This document shows positions 50,807 through 60,476 of a DNA stretch of 64,000 bases, piece after piece. Each line of letters opens with the position of its first letter. Within the stretch, counting starts at the first letter, position 1. The stretch comes from an uncultured Acidobacteriota bacterium (GTDB taxonomy: Bacteria; Acidobacteriota; UBA6911; RPQK01): the NCBI GenBank assembly GCA_963744645.1, contig CAVUUN010000010.1:122150-186149 (forward strand), in the 5' to 3' direction. The position numbers and the translations under genes are program-made. The notes beneath the pieces are model-generated. The model ran no database searches and had not been told where the DNA came from. It was given only the letters and a program-made list of their open reading frames with translations.

Positions 50807-52059
50807 TTGATGCTCCCCGTCGGATTGCTGGCGGGAGTCGCCAATTCGGTGATACTCGTTTCAGTTCTCTGGTTCGTCGTGCCCCGGCTGCGTCTAATCG
50901 TTTGGCTATCCGCGGTCTTCGTCCTGGCATTCATCCGGTACGTTCTGTACCGCCGCTACCAGAAATCGTCCGACTGGAATCGAAATGCGCCCGGATTGGG
51001 GCCGCTTGCTGTTAATCGGCAATCTCCTCTCGGGTATCGTCTGGGGTTCCCTGGCAATTTTTGCGTTTCCCACCGACTCCGCTGTTCACCAGATCTTTCA
51101 GGCATTCGTAATCGGAGGAATGGTGGCCGGGGCGGTCGGGACATACTCCATCTCGAGACTCGCCTTCTCGTTGTACGCATTTCCCGCTGTCACCCCGATG
51201 ATCGTTCGCTTCCTTTCGTTCCCCGACCCTATTCACCTCGCTATGGGATTGATGTCCGGCGATTTTTCTCGCACTGATGACGAGCTCGGTTTTCAGAATG
51301 GCAATGAGTCAGAAGGAGGGGCTTCGGCTGGAATTCGAAAATCGGCGCCTGGTCGGCAACATTCTTGACGAGGCACGGCGAGCCGAAGAGATTGCGGCGG
51401 AGCTTCGCCGCCTGACCGCGCACATGGACTCGGTCCGGGAGGAAGAAAGCAAACGCATAGCGACCGAGATTCATGATCATCTCGGGCAGGCGCTCGCCGT
51501 CGCGAAATTCGAACTGTCCAACCTGGAGCTCGCTTGTCGCCAATCCCCGCAGGAGTTGCAGGCTCGTATCGGATCCGTCTCTGGTGTGCTGGACGGTGTG
51601 ATTGAGGAAATCCGACGAATCGCCAGGAATCTGAGGCCGCTTGTGCTGGATGATTTGGGCCTGGATGCAGCCGTCGACTGGCTGGTCAAAGACTTTCGGC
51701 AGAGAACACAGATTCAATGCGCGCTGACGATCCTCCCGGGTCCCGATCCTCTAAGTCCAGCCTATTCCATCACTCTGTTCCGCATCCTTCAGGAGGCGCT
51801 GGCCAACGTTGCCCGCCACTCCGAAGCTCATAACGTGGACATCGCTCTCGATTATGAAGGGGAGACGATCAGCCTGACGGTGAGAGACGACGGAAAAGGA
51901 TTACCCGAGGATTTTGCGGGGCGGGACACTTTTGGCGTTCTGAGCATGAGAGAGCGAGCTGTTCGTCTGGGCGGGGAACTGAACGTTTCAAGTCGCCAAA
52001 GCGCCGGAACCGAAGTGCTGGTCCGGATCCCGAAGGATAACCCCGCGCAGAAAGACTAG
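50807..52059 (+). CDS. NarL/DegS-type sensor histidine kinase (membrane sensor domain + HisKA_3 + HATPase_c), two 1-bp frame breaks (about 50985 and a T5 run about 51265)
   Basis: Three ORFs are colinear. The TM helices come first (VILVSVLWFVVPRL..., LLLIGNLLSGIVWGSLAIFAF, FVIGGMVAGAVG...). The kinase core follows, with the H-box EIHDHLGQALAV and the ATP-binding region NVARHSEAHNVDIAL...RDDGKGLP. Confidence 0.7.
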
Positions 52060-52094
52060 ATGACGGCATGGCAAAGCTGCGCTAAGCTGCCGCC

Positions 52095-52997
52095 ATGAGG
52101 AATGCTCTGCTGCCTGCTCTGTGCCGCGTCACCCTCCTCCTGACGTTGACGGCCGCCTGTACTCTCGACGCTTCACCCGCGGAACCCGCCTGTTCGCCGG
52201 TTCCGATCATGACCTTCAACATCCGCTATGGGACCGCTGCGGACGGCTTGGATCAATGGACGAATAGACGCGATCAGGTATTTGAGCTGCTCCGAAGTCA
52301 CCAGCCGACCGTCGTCGGGTTGCAGGAAGCGCTGCGTTTCCAGATCGACGAGATCCTGAAGGCGGTGCCGGCCTATGCCAGCGTCGGAGTCGGCCGAGAC
52401 GACGGCAAAAGCGCCGGCGAGCATTCGGCTCTGCTGTACCGGACGGATCGGGTGACAGTCGAACAACAGGGCAACTTCTGGTTCTCGGACACGCCCGAGA
52501 TTGCCGGCTCGAAGCACTGGGGGAACCAGATAACGCGGATGTGCACGTGGGCGCGGTTCTCAGAACTCGACTCGAGCAAGAAATTCTACGTCTACAATCT
52601 CCATCTTGATCACATATCGCAGGTGTCCCGGGAACGAAGCGCCGACCTGCTTTTGGAGCGAATCCAGACCCGTGAACACCAGGATCCCGTGATCGTGACC
52701 GGCGACTTCAACGCCGGGGAATCGAACCCGGCGGTAAGGGCGCTGCTATCGGATCCTCCGTCGGAGGCGGCGTCCGAGCGCGCGATCCGGTTGCGCGACA
52801 GTTTTCGGGTACTGCACCCGGATGCAACCGAGGTGGGGACGTTCAACGGTTTCAAGGGCAATCGTACGGGCGAGAAAATTGACTATATCCTGATAACCGC
52901 CTCGATCCAGGTGAAAGAAGCGGCCATCGTCCGGGATGAACGAGGGGGCCGAACGCCTTCCGATCATTTTCCGGTAACCGCTCTTCTTTGTTTCTGA
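52095..52997 (+). CDS. Secreted endonuclease/exonuclease/phosphatase (EEP) family protein
   Basis: 300 aa. Signal peptide. The EEP motifs are PIMTFNIRYG, TVVGLQE, VTGDFNA and SDHFPVTALL. Confidence 0.8.
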   Translation: MRNALLPALCRVTLLLTLTAACTLDASPAEPACSPVPIMTFNIRYGTAADGLDQWTNRRDQVFELLRSHQPTVVGLQEALRFQIDEILKAVPAYASVGVGRDDGKSAGEHSALLYRTDRVTVEQQGNFWFSDTPEIAGSKHWGNQITRMCTWARFSELDSSKKFYVYNLHLDHISQVSRERSADLLLERIQTREHQDPVIVTGDFNAGESNPAVRALLSDPPSEAASERAIRLRDSFRVLHPDATEVGTFNGFKGNRTGEKIDYILITASIQVKEAAIVRDERGGRTPSDHFPVTALLCF

Positions 52998-53016
52998 TCC
53001 AACCAGGGAGGTTCCT

Positions 53017-54576
53017 GTGAGCATGAATGCTATCCCAAGACGGCCGTTCTTGAAGGCCCTCGGAGCCGGCGCCGCCGGCGCCTTCATTCCCTCTCGGCTG
53101 GCCGCGCAGTCGCCGCCCGGCCGGCCTCGGAACATTGTCATTATCTACGCCGACGATCTTGGCTATGGGGATGTGAGCTGCTACGGAGCTACCCGGGTTA
53201 AGACGCCCAATATCGACCGGCTCGCCACTGAAGGCCGACGCTTCACGAACGCGCATTCGCCCTCTGCCACGTGCACTCCCTCGCGATATGCGATGCTGAC
53301 CGGTGAATATGCCTGGCGGAGGCGGGGGACCGGAGTCCTTCCCGGCAACGCACCCCTGATTATTGAGCCGGGTCGAACCACCCTTCCGTCGATGCTTCGT
53401 AAAGCCGGTTACGCGACGGCGGCGGTCGGGAAATGGCATCTTGGCTTGGGAGACGCGGGCCTCGACTGGAATGGCGATATCAAGCCGGGTCCCCTGGATA
53501 TCGGTTTTGATTACTGTTTCCTGATCCCCGCAACCGGCGACCGGGTTCCGTGCGTCTTCGTAGAGAATCGACGGGTGGTCGGACTCGATCCGAACGATCC
53601 GATCCAGGTCAGTTATCAGGAAAAAGTTGGAAACGAGCCGACAGGTAAGGAAAACCCGGAGTTGCTTAAAGTTCACCCGAGTCACGGGCATGACCAGACG
53701 ATCGTCAACGGCATCAGCCGGATCGGGTACATGAGCGGTGGCAAGGCTGCCCGGTGGGTCGATGAGGAGATCGCTGATGTAATCACCGGCAAGGCGACCG
53801 CCTTCATCGAGAAGAGCAAGGACATCCCGTTTTTCCTCTACTTTTCTACTCACGATATTCACGTGCCGCGTGTTCCCAATTCCCGATTCGTTGGGAAAAG
53901 CGGATTGGGTCCCAGGGGGGACGCGATCCTTGAGTTGGATTGGTCGGTCGGGCAGATCCTGAACACCCTCGACCGGCTCGGGCTCACCAGGGATACTCTG
54001 GTTTTCTTTACCAGTGACAACGGACCGGTCGTGGATGACGGGTACAAGGACCAAGCGGTCGAGAAGCTGAACGGGCACCGCCCGGCCGGGCCCCTGCGCG
54101 GTGGCAAGTACAGCGCTTTTGACGCGGGCACCCGGGTGCCCTTCGTCGGCCGATGGCCGGGGGGTCTGAAGCCGGGACAGTCGGACGCGCTTGTCTGCCA
54201 GATCGACTTCCTTTCTTCCTTCGCATCCTTCGCCGGTCAGCGGCTTGCAGAGGCCGATGGTCCAGATAGTCTCGATGTGCTCCCTGCCTTGCTGGGCAGA
54301 ACAAAGACCGGTCGCGAACACCTGGTCGAGCACGGCGGAATCCTGTCGCTGATCCGGGGGAAGTGGAAGTACATTGAGCCAAGTCAAGGGGCCAAGGTCA
54401 ACCTCGAGACCAATACCGAGCTGGGAAGGGATACGATTCCCCAGTTGTATGATCTGGAAGCCGACATCGGCGAAAAGGAGAACGTGGCCAGTCGCCATCC
54501 GGACATCGTCCAGGAGATGGCGGCCATGCTCGAGAAGATCCGGAAGGCAGGACGGACGCGGCCCGGAGGCAGTTAA
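53017..54576 (+). CDS. Tat-exported sulfatase (arylsulfatase / N-acetylgalactosamine-6-sulfatase family)
   Basis: 519 aa. Tat signal RRPFLKALGAGAAGAF. The formylglycine motif is CTPSRYAMLTG. The metal-binding region is NIVIIYADDLGYGDV. Confidence 0.85.
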   Translation: MSMNAIPRRPFLKALGAGAAGAFIPSRLAAQSPPGRPRNIVIIYADDLGYGDVSCYGATRVKTPNIDRLATEGRRFTNAHSPSATCTPSRYAMLTGEYAWRRRGTGVLPGNAPLIIEPGRTTLPSMLRKAGYATAAVGKWHLGLGDAGLDWNGDIKPGPLDIGFDYCFLIPATGDRVPCVFVENRRVVGLDPNDPIQVSYQEKVGNEPTGKENPELLKVHPSHGHDQTIVNGISRIGYMSGGKAARWVDEEIADVITGKATAFIEKSKDIPFFLYFSTHDIHVPRVPNSRFVGKSGLGPRGDAILELDWSVGQILNTLDRLGLTRDTLVFFTSDNGPVVDDGYKDQAVEKLNGHRPAGPLRGGKYSAFDAGTRVPFVGRWPGGLKPGQSDALVCQIDFLSSFASFAGQRLAEADGPDSLDVLPALLGRTKTGREHLVEHGGILSLIRGKWKYIEPSQGAKVNLETNTELGRDTIPQLYDLEADIGEKENVASRHPDIVQEMAAMLEKIRKAGRTRPGGS

Positions 54577-54740
54577 AGGGGGGAGTGGCCGGCCTTCTGG
54601 AGCGCCGCGGCACGCCGAGTCCGGTCGGAGCCGCGGACGCGCGCTTCCCAGCGGGGTAAGCGGACGTTCGAACAGCCCGACTACACCACTGCCCGACTAA
54701 TCTCCGATCATCGACCAAAGCGCCCGAGGTTCAGAAGTAC

Positions 54741-54783
54741 GCCGGGCAAGTCTTGCCCGACGCTCGGGCAAGATTGCCCGCGG
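54741..54783. repeat. Pair of short perfect palindromes, CGGGCAAGtCTTGCCCG and CGGGCAAgaTTGCCCG, related to the GCGGGCAAGATGCCCGC arms at 3302/3381
   Basis: ccgggcaagtcttgcccgacgctcgggcaagattgcccgcgg. The same core GGGCAAGAT(T)GCCC occurs in the 3.3-kb palindrome. Confidence 0.6.
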
Positions 54784-54953
54784 AGCCCAGTGCGGCTCAC
54801 GTTTGAACCCGCTTGCTCCGTGGAAAGGCCGCGTGCGCCGCTCTCCAGAGGCGCGCATCGGGCGGCTGGCTCCCGGTCGCCGACATCCCTGCCCCCTTAG
54901 CTTTCGCTCGCTGTGCTAAATTCGAAGCAAGTGAACGGGAGCCCGCGACAGCT

Positions 54954-56948
54954 ATGAGCAGGAAATCCGATCCTACCGACCGGGGCATATCACGGCGTGG
55001 TTTTCTTCAGACCGGGGCAGCAGTAGCGGCATGGGAGACTGTGAGGCCCGTGCCTGCGCCGCAAATCTCAACGCAGGCCGCCTCCCCTTTTGCCCCTGGC
55101 GGGTCGCCCGCCCGCCTGTCCGAGCACCTGTGGGTCTACGGGGATACCTGCAACGTGTACGCGGTCACCGACGGCAATCGGGCCCTCTTGATCGACTTCG
55201 GTTCCGGCCGGATGCTCGAAATGTCACGCGGCATGGGCATCACCGGGATTGATTGGGTCCTGCACACTCACCATCACAGGGACCAGGCCCAGGGAGATCA
55301 CAAAGCGGTCACGGCTCGCATTCCCATCGGTGTTCCCGCCCACGAGCGTCACTTATTCGAGGACGCTGAAAATTTCTGGAGGAATCGGCGAATCAACCAC
55401 CTCTACAACGTCCGCAACGACTTCTTCACGCTCACCAGAAACGTTCCCGTCGCCCGATCCCTGGCTGACTATGACACCTTCCACTGGGGCCCGTACCAGT
55501 TCTTCATCCTGCCGACTCCGGGGCACACGATTGGCTCGATCACAATGGTCGCCCGGATCGACGGGAGAACAACCGCGTTCACCGGTGATCTCATCTACGG
55601 CCCCGGAAAGGTTCAGACGCTGCACGATCTGCAATACACCTATGCCGGAATGGAAGGTGTTGATTTTTCGGTTTACTCGTTGACCCGGCTTCTCGAGCAG
55701 AAACCGGAACTGGTGTGTCCTTCTCACGGCGGGCCGCTGGCCAATCCCGCGGCCGGAATAGAGGAGCTGATCCGGAAATTGTCGGACTGGTACGATTACT
55801 GGCGAGGACCCACGATGATCACGCGGAACCGGCCGATAACGGTTTCGCCTCACCTGGTGGCCCATCATCTGCCCACCGCTTCGTTTTACGCCGTGATCAG
55901 CGACAGTGGAAAAGCGCTGTTGCTCGACTACGGGTCTGCCAGCAATACATCATTCCTCGTGTTCAAGGACTGGCCGGACATCCACGGCCGGATGCGTTTC
56001 CTGGAACACAGCATAGACACGCTGCGATCCACTTACGGAGTCAAGTCCATCGATGTCGCCCTGCCCAGCCACGTCCACGATGACCACATCAATGGCTTTC
56101 CCCACCTGGTTAAGCACCATGGGGCGAAGATCTGGTGTTTCGAAAACATGCGGGATATTCTCGAAAAACCGAACGGGAGAAACATCGGCTGTCTGCTTCC
56201 CGAGCCTATCCGCGTTGATCGCACCCTCCGCCACCGGGAGAGTTTCAAGTGGGAGGAATTCGATTTTACCGTGGTCCACTCTCCGGGGCACACCGAGTTC
56301 CAGATGGCGATGTTTGCCACGATTGACGGCGCCCGGGTTGCTTTCACCGGCGACGCTTTCTTCAATACTCCCGCGAAGCCCGAAGACGGCCTGCGCCATA
56401 ACCTCATCTACCGAAACGATGTGTACGGCGACAGCCACATGCAATCGCTTCGCAACATCATGGAGTTCGAGCCGAACATCATTGCGCCAGGACACGGGAC
56501 CCCGTTTCTGCTGAACCGGACGGATGTCGAGCGCTTTCAGCAGCGGCTCACGCAGCAGAAGGATCATTTTGAAGCCCTGGTGGCCGATCCGGACGTTGAT
56601 TTCGGGCTGGACCCCTCATGGGTTCATATCTACCCGTACCAGATGGTTATTGCCCCGGGGCAGAGCCGGCCTGCCGAGGTGCGGGTCAGGAATCACCGGC
56701 GCAAACCGATGAATCTCGAGATCAGCCTGGTTCTGCCGGAAGGTTGGCGCGCTGAACCCGACGTCAGGCGGATATCGGTTGAGGCTACATCCGTCGGTTC
56801 CGCCGATTTTCAGCTCGTCGTGCCGGCGAACTGGACGGTCAAACTGAAGCGGGTGGCCCTGGCAGCGGACGTAGTGGCCGACGGGAAATACCTGGGCCAG
56901 ATCGCGGAGGCGGTGGTCGATCTTGACACGCCCGGTGTCGGGTTATGA
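54954..56948 (+). CDS. Tat-exported protein with two tandem metallo-beta-lactamase-fold hydrolase domains
   Basis: Start at MSRKSDPTDRGISRRGFLQTGAAVAAW, internal to ORF 54813... The first domain has WVLHTHHHRDQ. The second has LPSHVHDDHINGF (HxHxDH). About 664 aa. Confidence 0.75.
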   Translation: MSRKSDPTDRGISRRGFLQTGAAVAAWETVRPVPAPQISTQAASPFAPGGSPARLSEHLWVYGDTCNVYAVTDGNRALLIDFGSGRMLEMSRGMGITGIDWVLHTHHHRDQAQGDHKAVTARIPIGVPAHERHLFEDAENFWRNRRINHLYNVRNDFFTLTRNVPVARSLADYDTFHWGPYQFFILPTPGHTIGSITMVARIDGRTTAFTGDLIYGPGKVQTLHDLQYTYAGMEGVDFSVYSLTRLLEQKPELVCPSHGGPLANPAAGIEELIRKLSDWYDYWRGPTMITRNRPITVSPHLVAHHLPTASFYAVISDSGKALLLDYGSASNTSFLVFKDWPDIHGRMRFLEHSIDTLRSTYGVKSIDVALPSHVHDDHINGFPHLVKHHGAKIWCFENMRDILEKPNGRNIGCLLPEPIRVDRTLRHRESFKWEEFDFTVVHSPGHTEFQMAMFATIDGARVAFTGDAFFNTPAKPEDGLRHNLIYRNDVYGDSHMQSLRNIMEFEPNIIAPGHGTPFLLNRTDVERFQQRLTQQKDHFEALVADPDVDFGLDPSWVHIYPYQMVIAPGQSRPAEVRVRNHRRKPMNLEISLVLPEGWRAEPDVRRISVEATSVGSADFQLVVPANWTVKLKRVALAADVVADGKYLGQIAEAVVDLDTPGVGL

Positions 56949-58159
56949 GCCGCCGGTCAGTGATCGCAGCGCTCCTCGCGCTCCTCCTCCTTTTTGCATC
57001 TCGCGGGGCACCCCGGCAGCCGCGCGGTTCCGTATCTGTAATTGAGGCGAGCGACTACGTCTTCGGCGGCTACACGGGCGATTTCCCATCGCCTCCCCAT
57101 GCGGACCTGAATCCCCGCAGGGCGGTCATCATTCAGTGGGAAGGCTTGCCCCACCGGTTCGTCTTCTCGCACGAAGCCAGTTACTGTCCGTGGTTCGAGA
57201 TGGCTTCAGGCGCGGCCGTCTCCTTCCAGATGTTCGAAGGGAACGACGGCTGGGCGGAGCTGTTCAACGAGCAGGGTCGCAAGGAAAGGAACAGTTTCGT
57301 CGATATCATCGAGAAGGGACCGCATCGGGTCTGGGTCCGCTGGACATACTTCGGCGTCAACCTCGCGTCGGGCCAGGCGGCCTATCGAGCGGTCGAGGAC
57401 TTCTGGGCTTTTCCCAGCGGCTTGATTCTGCGCCGGCAGGTGATGCACTCGCTGCTTCCCGGTCGCCGTCAAGGCTACGCCCGGGAACCAATCGAAATAA
57501 TCCCCATCTGCCCGGTTGGGAAACTTTGGTTTGACATTCTGGACGTTGGCAATCAGACCGGCGAGAGTCGGGCGCTGGTCGGGCTTGATGCGTTTTCCGG
57601 CGCTCGCGTGGATATTCTCTGGAAACACCGTCCGGACCTGATCGAGGAGAGCCGCAAGCCGGGTTCTACCAGGAGACGTCCTTTCTACTATGGAACCTCC
57701 CGTCGTGTGGGTGCCGAGTGGAAGCGCCTGGATGATGCCCCAGGCGTCGCCGCGGCCGTGCCTCTCCGTGACGGGGCTCCTTTTGTGGCTTTCGGCGACG
57801 CTTCCGGATTCCCCCCATCGCAGACCCGCCTCAAGGAGCATTCGGATCGAACGGGAACCGGGGGTTGGGGGTGGGGAACCCTCTCGTGGGATCATTGGCC
57901 GATCGGGTGGCTCAACTCGCAGGCTCACGACGTGGACGAAGAGTCTTTCAAGCGCTATCCGAACCACTTTGCTCCGTTTGGCATTGACCTCTGGCAGATG
58001 AAAGACGAGGAGGTCGACGGGCGGGAGTTCTTCTCTCTGCTCGGTGTCGGCGACCGCGACATGGAAGCGATACGAAGGGTGGCCCGGCAATGGCTCGAAA
58101 ACGGGAAGGGCGCTGGTGATCCCGCTTCAGCGGCCCGCTTGGGGCCTCCCATCCCCTGA
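56945..58159 (+). CDS. Secreted hypothetical protein
   Basis: 404 aa. Signal peptide VIAALLALLLLFASRGA. The start overlaps the stop of the MBL gene (ATGA), which suggests co-transcription. No recognised domain. Confidence 0.5.
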   Translation: MSRRSVIAALLALLLLFASRGAPRQPRGSVSVIEASDYVFGGYTGDFPSPPHADLNPRRAVIIQWEGLPHRFVFSHEASYCPWFEMASGAAVSFQMFEGNDGWAELFNEQGRKERNSFVDIIEKGPHRVWVRWTYFGVNLASGQAAYRAVEDFWAFPSGLILRRQVMHSLLPGRRQGYAREPIEIIPICPVGKLWFDILDVGNQTGESRALVGLDAFSGARVDILWKHRPDLIEESRKPGSTRRRPFYYGTSRRVGAEWKRLDDAPGVAAAVPLRDGAPFVAFGDASGFPPSQTRLKEHSDRTGTGGWGWGTLSWDHWPIGWLNSQAHDVDEESFKRYPNHFAPFGIDLWQMKDEEVDGREFFSLLGVGDRDMEAIRRVARQWLENGKGAGDPASAARLGPPIP

Positions 58160-58234
58160 CGTTGCTCCCCGGTTTGAACACGAAGCCCGGAGTGCGGACA
58201 ATAGAAAGAATCACACCTGAAGGATGGAGGATCT

Positions 58235-58810
58235 ATGAAGATTTTGAGTATCGTGGGAGTCGCGCTCGTTCTCTCCTCTGTGCTGCTTGCGGCCGATGAG
58301 CCGGTCAAATTGAGCGTTGGCGAAAAAGCGCCCTCATTTACGGCCAAGGACGCCGACGGGAATACCTGGAACTCGATGGACGCCGTCGGAAAACGGACCC
58401 TGGTCGTCTATTTCTACCCAGCGGCCTTCACTGGCGGCTGCACCAAGCAGGCCTGCAATTACCGGGACCACATTTCCGAGTTCAAGGGGATGGATGCACA
58501 GGTCGTCGCGATCAGCGGAGATGAACCTGAAACCCTGAAGATGTTCCGCAAGACGCACGGCCTGGAGTTCACGTTGCTCTCGGACACGGACGGCTCCGTC
58601 GCACGCAAGTTCGGTGTCCCGGTGAAGGAGGGCGGGTCGATCAAGCAAACGGTTGACGGCAAGGAAGTAACCCTGAACCGAGGGGTGACCGCCTCTCGGT
58701 GGACGTTCGTGATCGACAAGGAGGGGAAAATCGCCTACGTCAACTCGCAGGTCGATGCGGCGAATGACGGTCAGGCCGTCCTCGCCACGCTCAAGGAATT
58801 GAAGAAGTAG
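58235..58810 (+). CDS. Exported peroxiredoxin (AhpC/TSA - Bcp/PrxQ-like thiol peroxidase)
   Basis: 191 aa. Signal peptide. The active site is VVYFYPAAFTGGCTKQAC (peroxidatic Cys in the T/S-x-x-C motif). Confidence 0.85.
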   Translation: MKILSIVGVALVLSSVLLAADEPVKLSVGEKAPSFTAKDADGNTWNSMDAVGKRTLVVYFYPAAFTGGCTKQACNYRDHISEFKGMDAQVVAISGDEPETLKMFRKTHGLEFTLLSDTDGSVARKFGVPVKEGGSIKQTVDGKEVTLNRGVTASRWTFVIDKEGKIAYVNSQVDAANDGQAVLATLKELKK

Positions 58811-58814
58811 GACG

Positions 58815-58960
58815 CGAGGGGGGCAAGAGACGCAAAGGATTCACGCAAGAGACGCAAGAGGCGCAAAAGAAACGCTAAAGAAGCATTTCTTTAGCGTTTC
58901 TTTTGCGCCCCTTGCGTCTCTTGCGTGAGTCCCTTGCGTCTCTCGCTCCCTCTTGCGCCC
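58815..58960. terminator. Very long near-perfect palindrome / bidirectional terminator between convergent genes, built from GCAAGAGACGCAA-type repeats
   Basis: gcaagagacgcaagaggcgcaaaagaaacgctaaagaagcatttctttagcgtttcttttgcgccccttgcgtctcttgcg is centred near 58885. An A/T-rich centre, U-tract-like runs on both strands. Confidence 0.6.
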
Positions 58961-58963
58961 CGA

Positions 58964-59719
58964 CTACCGGAAGCGGTCGAACTCTTCGGGCAGAATCAGG
59001 AAGAGGGTGTCGGGATCGACGGACTGCAGATCCCAGGTAACCTGGAATTGCGAAAGGACTTCGATCAGCCGGGCGATGTTTCCGGGCTCATCCCGATTGC
59101 CGGCTCCTGGCTTCACACTTCCCGTTCGAGGATCGAAGTAGAGGCGGCCGACCATTTCGAGCACGGCGGGATTCGTCGCCAGTTCCTGGCTGGCCGTCAT
59201 CTCCCGATAAAGAGCGCCTGGTTCGGAGACTTCGTCGGTCAGCAGCGGGAGGACCAGCTCAGTCCGATTCCGGTGCGCGCGGTAAAGGGTGAACGGACCC
59301 GCCAGGAGGTGACGGAAGTAACTTCGGCCGGTATTGGCAAGAACCCATCGCGAACGCTCGCCCGGCTGTCGGCGCCCCTGCTTGTCGGCGGGGCAGAGCT
59401 GGTTGAAATAAAAAAGCGAGAGCCAGGTCCAGAGGCCGACGTCCCGTCCAATACCTTGAAACTCAGGCCGATCCAGCCGCTCGTTCAGGTGCCGGGCCAG
59501 CTCGAATCTGTTTGGAAAATTGCGCTGTTCGAGCTCGACTGCCGGTTTCACTGGTGAGGTGGCGGTTGGATCCTCCAGCAGAAAGAAAGGAAAAGGACTG
59601 GGAACGCCCGTGCCGAGCGAGTCGAGGAATCGCGACCACTGCTCGATTCCGGTGCTGTTGAAACGGCGCAGCATGATCGGGGCGTAATCCGATACGTTCG
59701 TGGTCTGTGCCTCATTCAT
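58964..59719 (-). CDS. Hypothetical protein (third gene of the GHKL-ATPase operon)
   Basis: Start at MNEAQTTNVSDYAPIMLRRF, internal to ORF 58964..59824. 251 aa. No recognised domain. It overlaps the upstream gene by 8 nt. Confidence 0.5.
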   Translation of the reverse strand: MNEAQTTNVSDYAPIMLRRFNSTGIEQWSRFLDSLGTGVPSPFPFFLLEDPTATSPVKPAVELEQRNFPNRFELARHLNERLDRPEFQGIGRDVGLWTWLSLFYFNQLCPADKQGRRQPGERSRWVLANTGRSYFRHLLAGPFTLYRAHRNRTELVLPLLTDEVSEPGALYREMTASQELATNPAVLEMVGRLYFDPRTGSVKPGAGNRDEPGNIARLIEVLSQFQVTWDLQSVDPDTLFLILPEEFDRFR

Positions 59720-60476
59720 GGCTGAACCATGTCTTCTCGAACAGGTCGAGGAGCCCGGCCTTGCGGCTGAAGGACGCTGCCGCCTCGTCAATCCAGCGAT
59801 CCAGCTCGGATTGCTCACCTCCATCCGGCGGTTTTCCCAGACCGGGGAGCCCGCTTGCGAAGCGCAGCCAGCGGGAGCGCCAGTCTTCCAGATTGTCGGT
59901 GTCTAAGTGTTTATCAACGCAGAGAATGCGCGTCAGGATGGCCCGAAGAGCGGCCGGGTAGACAAGGACCGCAAACAACGGATCCCGGGCCAGTTCCTGC
60001 CAATCCGCGAGCCGGGCATTGACCAGCAGCAGTACCTGATCGGTGTCGAATTCCAGGCGAAAGACTTCTCCGGCGAGGTCCGGCGACGGTGCGACCGGGA
60101 GGAGCGGGATGCGGTCATCCTCCGAGTCACCCTCCGGGGCCGGCCGCAACTGGTCGATGTCGGCGAGAAGAAGACCTTTGGGGTCGGACGCGCTAACGAT
60201 TTTCACCCGGAAGAGCAGTCCTTCCGGAAAGCCGAAGTCGACCAGGCTGCGATCGGACGGAGGATGGATCGCGCTCACGTGACCGAAAGAAAACCGCATC
60301 GATTTCGACTGTCGGTACGCTTCAACGTAGACGTCGGCATCTGCGGGCAGCGAGTAATCGCCCAGTCGAATCCAGGCGTCGAAGGTCGGAACGGCCCCTT
60401 CGGTTCGCAACGAAATTGCGACGTCCTTGCGGTCGAGGCGCTGGCGGCCCGTGAAGTTAACCGTTCGAAGAGACAT
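59712..60476 (-). CDS. Hypothetical protein (second gene of the GHKL-ATPase operon)
   Basis: 254 aa. Acidic (D/E-rich middle section). No recognised domain. It overlaps the upstream ATPase gene by 20 nt. Confidence 0.5.
   Translation of the reverse strand: MSLRTVNFTGRQRLDRKDVAISLRTEGAVPTFDAWIRLGDYSLPADADVYVEAYRQSKSMRFSFGHVSAIHPPSDRSLVDFGFPEGLLFRVKIVSASDPKGLLLADIDQLRPAPEGDSEDDRIPLLPVAPSPDLAGEVFRLEFDTDQVLLLVNARLADWQELARDPLFAVLVYPAALRAILTRILCVDKHLDTDNLEDWRSRWLRFASGLPGLGKPPDGGEQSELDRWIDEAAASFSRKAGLLDLFEKTWFSHE

Noticed and set aside
52852-54498. ORF 52852..54498(-) 548 aa, antisense to the sulfatase
   Set aside because: Mirror-strand artefact. The sulfatase has Tat signal plus CTPSR.
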